Shown here piece after piece: positions 26,298 through 31,273 of a DNA stretch of 31,273 bases (the first letter of the stretch is position 1; each line of letters begins with the position of its first letter). Both the position numbers and the translations under genes were made by a program. Origin of the DNA: Hydrurus foetidus. Taxonomy: Eukaryota. The notes under the pieces are model-generated. The model ran no database searches. It was given only the letters and a program-made list of their open reading frames with translations, and was not told the origin of the DNA. The stretch is from NCBI GenBank assembly GCA_900617105.1, contig UYFQ01000018.1:62001-93273 (forward strand). Direction: 5' to 3'.

Positions 26298-29200
26298 ATG
26301 GTGAAGAAGAACCCTGTTCAGCCTTTACGGCGTGGATCTAACCCGCAAACAAGGCGGAGAAACCCCTTGATGGAGTCGGAGTATGAGAATTCACCATTGG
26401 AAGAAAATTCTGATTTACCCGCTTCATATGGGGATGATAACCTTGATGACGGAGAAATGGACATGGAGTCCTTTCCTTCTGATCAGCATCTGACTGATCT
26501 AGAAGAGTGTGGAGAGATTCCATACGACGCCCAAAGTCCTTTTCAGGAACTTGTTGAAACCGAACCGTCGATTTCGAGTAGCTCGTCGAGCTCATCCAGC
26601 GTCATTGCTGTACCGCGGACTCCTGAACCTCGCGTTCCCGATCCTACCCTGCTTAACGCAGCAGTCGCACCCATCGTTAGCGATGGAGTACCACGTGAGA
26701 AACCACGTGAGCAACAGAGACAGATACCTCTCTCGCCCGTCGTCATCGACGTAGTACCCAACCCACAACCGAACCCTCAGTACAATATGGAACAGGTTAC
26801 GACGGCGTTGAAGCAGACAATGACTGGCGGTTTGAACCTACAGAAACCGTTATTCATCATTGATACCCCAGAGATAACTGGAGAACAAGCTGCCCAGTTT
26901 CAGAACCAAGCCAATCAATGGCATGAGAACTTCCTGGTACACCAGGTGGTGGTTAACCCTGCCACCTATGTGGTACAGTATGCGTTCGCGAGCGATCCAG
27001 AGTTCACTCTCATCTCTCCAAGCAAATACTCAACATGGTACAATCATGTTACAGTCAAACAGGCTGCCCAAATCATAACCAAATACTTTGGTGACAGAAA
27101 TGATATTGGTAGAACACTCGTCGAGAACTTCTCACGACTTGAAATCTCTTTCTGTTACACCAACGCAGACGTTGAGAGAAAATCCTTCATGGCTCTCAAG
27201 GCGTTAACAACGGTCTATGAGAATACCCAACCGATCACTCCGGCGCAGCATGCTGCACTGATAGTTACGATCGAGAAAAATCTGAAACCGGATAGTCAGC
27301 TTAAAAGCGACTATTTCGCGGCTCGTGGCAACGAGGGTAAACCTATACCGAACGAAACGTGGGAACAAGCGTTCACTCGTCTTGGTAAATGCATCTTCAA
27401 TGTTAGGAAGCTCGTTGAACGAGTTGCTAATTATGGCGATACCTCCGCTATTCATACTCTGTTTAGCAAATACCAGGAGCAGGAGACTCGGCAGGCCAGA
27501 GCACCGATAATCCCTGAACAGCGTTCGTACGCTGCCGCTGTCTACCTCAAGTCAGCGCTGGCTAACTCACCAGCTAACCCTCAACCTTCTGCTGCACCTG
27601 CACCTGCACATGCACATGCACATGCACATGCACATGCACATGCACATGCACATGCACATGCACATGCACATGCATCTTCACCCAGTGCAGCAGTGCTGAG
27701 GAGACCAACAACTGAATCAATAATTCAGTTGTTGCCGCAACCAGCGCCAATCCCATGTCGCTCATGCGGTCACACTGGACATGAAGTCAGACTCTGTCCA
27801 GTCCTGTTTCGCACAGACGCCAACCATAGTGAACTCCACCTTCAATGGAAAGATTCAACAGCGGGTAAGATGTGGCATTCATATGGCTTCGAAGCTTATG
27901 ATGATGGAGCCCAACTACCAAACCATGCTGTCCGCTACCTGGTCAAACCAGTGTCCGAGTTTAGATACTCGATGCTCCAACTACCCAACAAGCGTGCTCG
28001 TTTTGACAATGGAGGAGCTACCGTACCTACGTTACCCGGTCAACACGACCCCGCTAACAATGCACAGTACGCAGAAACACGCAGAAACAGAAAACAAGGT
28101 AAATCTGTTTCCTTAAACGCTATTGTTGCAGCCTCTATAACCAGAATAGAGATTGATTCTAACTTCTTATCTTCCTGGATTTTTATTAATCAGCGAAGTA
28201 TAGTCAAGGACGGGGTGCGGGTCCAAGCGCATACCAGCCCCAACCACCACCATCCCACCCTTAGGGCTGAACGAGTTCTGGCAAAGGTCCTACTCGACAC
28301 CGGGAGTCTCCCTGGCGACTTTATTAGTCAAGATTTTGTAATTAGTTTAAATGCTCAAGATTTTGTTTATACTTCTTCTAAAGCTTTAACTATATGTTCG
28401 GGTCTAGATAACACATGTTATGTTAGGGACCAAGTAATTGATATTGGAATGACTTTTGTCACCCATAATTTATTAATTAATACCATTTTCTTAACGGTGC
28501 GGATTATTCCAAACACCATCGACTTAATTTTGGGTCGAAAAACTCTTAAGAAATATGACTTCTTCGAGAAGACTCCCTACGAAATAGGGATGCCTAATAT
28601 GGAGAACTCCTTCGAAAGAATGAAAGTTTTCTTATCTGCTGAGTGCATTCCGTCGGAATGTGTGGGCAAGAAGGATGATTTGGTATGTCCTCATTCTGGT
28701 AACAGTACCATGACATATCACAAAATAGACTCAAACAGAGTCGCTAACTGTTCTGATGTCGGATGCTCTAGTCAACCAAACGCCGCTGGGGTCGAACCTA
28801 CGCGTAACAGTTGTAACTATGTATCAAACCATAGTGGTGTCATACGTACTCGTACGTACACCCTAGCACATTTATGTGAAATGCCAGAAGGTACTCCAAC
28901 AGCTACTACAGTGGAAACACCTAGTGGTATCATAATCTCTTCTGACGAGATAGATAATGATAAGACGGATACATTTCGCCCATTCTTACCTGAACGCGTT
29001 CAGCAGACTGCTCCGCCTCCAGGGCCAGAGGACTTTTTGTCACAGATAAAAATTGATGGACTTTTTGTCACAGATAAAAATTGATGGAACGGAACACCAA
29101 CAATTTCTTATTAGACAACTCTGTCTTAAATATGCAGACATATTTAGTGATAAGCTAGCAGTTAAACCGGCTAGACTTCCCCCCCTTTGTTATAAAGGTC

Positions 29201-29589
29201 AATAAAAGGGATTGGGAATGTTCTAAAAATAGAACAGCCGTTCGTCTCCAATCAGTTCGAAAAGAACGAGAGATCAAACGTGCCATCGATGAGATGTTGA
29301 ACTCGGGAGTCATCGAGGAATCGAATGCGGTTTATTATAGCCATCCTGTCATAGTACAGAGAACAGCTGACTTGTTCAGATTTTGCATTGACTACCGAAA
29401 TCTGAACAAATGCACACAGGCTTCCAGCTGGCCGCTTCCGAACATTCGAGCTCTTTTTGAGAGAATCGGCCATCAACAGCCAGTCATATTCGGAGTTATG
29501 GATTTAACTTCTGGTTACCATCAGGCACCTATGGATCAAGGATCCAAGGTCCTGACTGCGTTCATTTGTTATTGCGGTGTATACCAACT
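26298..29589 (+). pseudogene. Gag-protease-RT of gypsy 2, frameshifted and truncated
   Basis: First in-frame ATG at 26298 (MVKKNP). A 28-bp tandem duplication at 29030-29085 and an extra C in a C-run near 29180 break the frame. Ends at GVYQ at the copia LTR. Confidence 0.88.
27607..27676 (+). repeat. (GCACAT)n hexamer array encoding poly(Ala-His) in gypsy 2 Gag
   Basis: About 11 units, in frame. Confidence 0.95.
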
Positions 29590-30019
29590 TGATCGGTAAA
29601 CCGTGTAGTTTGCTTCCGGTTCTATCAGGCGACTGGTGCAGTCAACCTATTCAGATAGAATATGCGTTGTTTATAACCCTTGCACTTGTAATATAAACTG
29701 TGAACTCCTTGCGAACAAGTCTTTTTTTGCACAGGCGCGCTTTCCTGCACTCTCAAAAGCCTTTGGAACAAGGAGCTCAGTAGATAAGGCTACTGCTTAA
29801 TTACGTGGCAAAGAAATATAACAGTTGCAGTAGACTGCACTGTGTATTTCTAAAATTGCAGAATGTGCATATACGTGTCATGCATCAATGATCTAGATCA
29901 ACTACCTCAGATTCTCTACACATTCATTACCTATTGGATGCTATGAGCGCATCACTACATTTGAGATTCAGTACCTGTATACAGTATATGTGTACGGGAT
30001 ATACGGATAATCCCAAACA
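29590..30019 (-). repeat. Putative 3' LTR of copia element (~430 bp)
   Basis: Minus strand reads TGTTTGG...CCGATCA. It begins right after the purine tract and ends where gypsy 2 RT similarity stops. Confidence 0.75.
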
Positions 30020-30199
30020 TACCCCTTGATGGGTTCATACACATCTGAAAAGGAAGTGACCGGAATTTCCGTTACGAATTTCAGGCCTGAAAAACTTTGA
30101 AGTTCGGGTTGAAAATGAAAGAGGTGTCGCACAGATTTGCGGAACAGAATGTTTCTACAGACATCTCTCCTCTTAAAGCTTGACTTCTCTACCGCACAT

Positions 30200-31273
30200 T
30201 CACAACTTAATCCCTGTGATCAATCTCCGGAACGTCAGGAACAGCGCACCATATAGAGGCTTCGTGAGGATGTCCGCCAGCATTTGTCCAGTCGGTAAGT
30301 ATTCAATCTTGATCTCGTTCGCGTCAATGTAGTGTTTGATAAAGAAGTAACGAATCTTCACGTGTCTTGTTCTCTCAGACGTGGACCTGCCTTTATTTGC
30401 GAGGCAAATCGTGGATTGATTATCCTGGTAGACGGTAGCTGGTCCAAGCCGAAGTCCTTGGTTGCAGAGGAATTCCCGAGTCCATAGGATTTGGGACAGG
30501 GCATCCGAGAGCCCAACGAGCTCTGCCTCCGTAGATGACCTGGTAACTATCTTCTGCTTGCCGCTCTTTACGTAGACTGTGGCATTGCCAATCATTAATA
30601 CAATCCCAGTTACTGATTTCATGTCCTCATATGTGCCGAAGGACGCATCAACGTATGCTTTCAATTGAACCTCTGGACCAATTTTCAAAACCATTCCTTG
30701 ACTCTTTGTGTACAACAGGTAGGATAAAATCCTCTCGAGCTTCTTGAGGTCATCCTCATCCGGCGAGAGCACTCGAGTTGCGCAGTAGGAAACCGCCGTC
30801 AAGATGTCTTGACGTACTCGTTTGGCGAGGTAGTGGAGTTCCATCACGCAAGAATGGAACAGCTGCTGCTTCTCAGGTGAGATTTTGGGAGAGTCTTTGT
30901 TGCTGTGAAATAGCATGTCTGTAGCCGGCGTCTTAGCGTGCTTTGATACATTGTACTTTGAGAGAATATTGCTGATATACCCCTCCATTCGCAAACTTAC
31001 TTCACCAGGCACGCGGAAGTCCCAATTGATCCCTAGAAAGTCGTGCTGAGTTCCAGACTTCACGGTAACTCCACCGTAGCGAGATCTCAGAGCATCAGCT
31101 ACCGTATGAAGCTCATGCTGGCTTTGTGAGGTAAGCAACAAATCGTCGACATAGACGAAAATTGAATCAATTTGACCGTCTCTGATTTTGTTGAACATAC
31201 ACGTATCGTAGGGGTTCTTCGTGTAGCCAAGGTCTTTGAGGGTATTCGACAGTTCGTCGTACCAAAGAACGGC
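30200..31273 (-). CDS. Copia Pol C-terminus: reverse transcriptase and RNase H (partial)
   Basis: Uninterrupted frame with NPYDTCMF, FVYVDDLL, FLGI, YVDASFG, KQKIVTRSSTEAELVG, QDNQSTI, RTRHVKIRYFF, MLADILTKPL. Confidence 0.96.
   Translation of the reverse strand, partial: AVLWYDELSNTLKDLGYTKNPYDTCMFNKIRDGQIDSIFVYVDDLLLTSQSQHELHTVADALRSRYGGVTVKSGTQHDFLGINWDFRVPGEVSLRMEGYISNILSKYNVSKHAKTPATDMLFHSNKDSPKISPEKQQLFHSCVMELHYLAKRVRQDILTAVSYCATRVLSPDEDDLKKLERILSYLLYTKSQGMVLKIGPEVQLKAYVDASFGTYEDMKSVTGIVLMIGNATVYVKSGKQKIVTRSSTEAELVGLSDALSQILWTREFLCNQGLRLGPATVYQDNQSTICLANKGRSTSERTRHVKIRYFFIKHYIDANEIKIEYLPTGQMLADILTKPLYGALFLTFRRLITGIKL

Larger units (their letters stand above)
25272..29589 (+). mobile_element. 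Ty3/gypsy retrotransposon 2 (same lineage as gypsy 1), 5' part, interrupted in RT by copia
   Basis: Putative LTR, gag CCHC (CRSCGHTGHEVRLC), protease LLDTGSLPGDF..CSGLDNTCY (gypsy 1 has LIDTGSLAGNF..CSALDGKCY), RT RFCIDYRNLN..ASSWPLPNI..DLTSGYHQ. Confidence 0.92.
29590..31273 (-). mobile_element. Ty1/copia LTR retrotransposon, 3' part (continues beyond window)
   Basis: RT-RNase H ORF, PPT-like TCAAGGGGTA and a putative 3' LTR, inserted antisense in gypsy 2 RT. Confidence 0.93.

Overview
Eukaryotic genomic DNA, most likely a plastid-bearing stramenopile (inferred from GT-AG introns and a bipartite-type presequence). The first 8 kb holds two spliced host genes on +: the 3' part of a DEAH-box RNA helicase and a complete 9-exon organellar class II lysyl-tRNA synthetase. 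From about 9 kb to the end is a deeply nested transposon cluster. It contains a complete but decayed PIF/Harbinger element (40-bp TIRs, TAA TSD) inserted in one of two inverted copies of an unidentified decayed sequence; a pogo-like transposase pseudogene carrying a TA-targeting MITE and an unusual double-hairpin insertion; an 11-aa coiled-coil repeat fragment; a very young full-length chromodomain Ty3/gypsy element with apparently identical 273-bp LTRs; and a second Harbinger interrupted by a related gypsy element, itself interrupted by a copia element. The most interesting leads are a candidate gag-only spliced mRNA that removes all of pol as an intron in this gypsy lineage, the absence of a tRNA primer-binding site in both gypsy elements, and the double-hairpin element with three TATA cores. 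All calls are by eye, with no database search.
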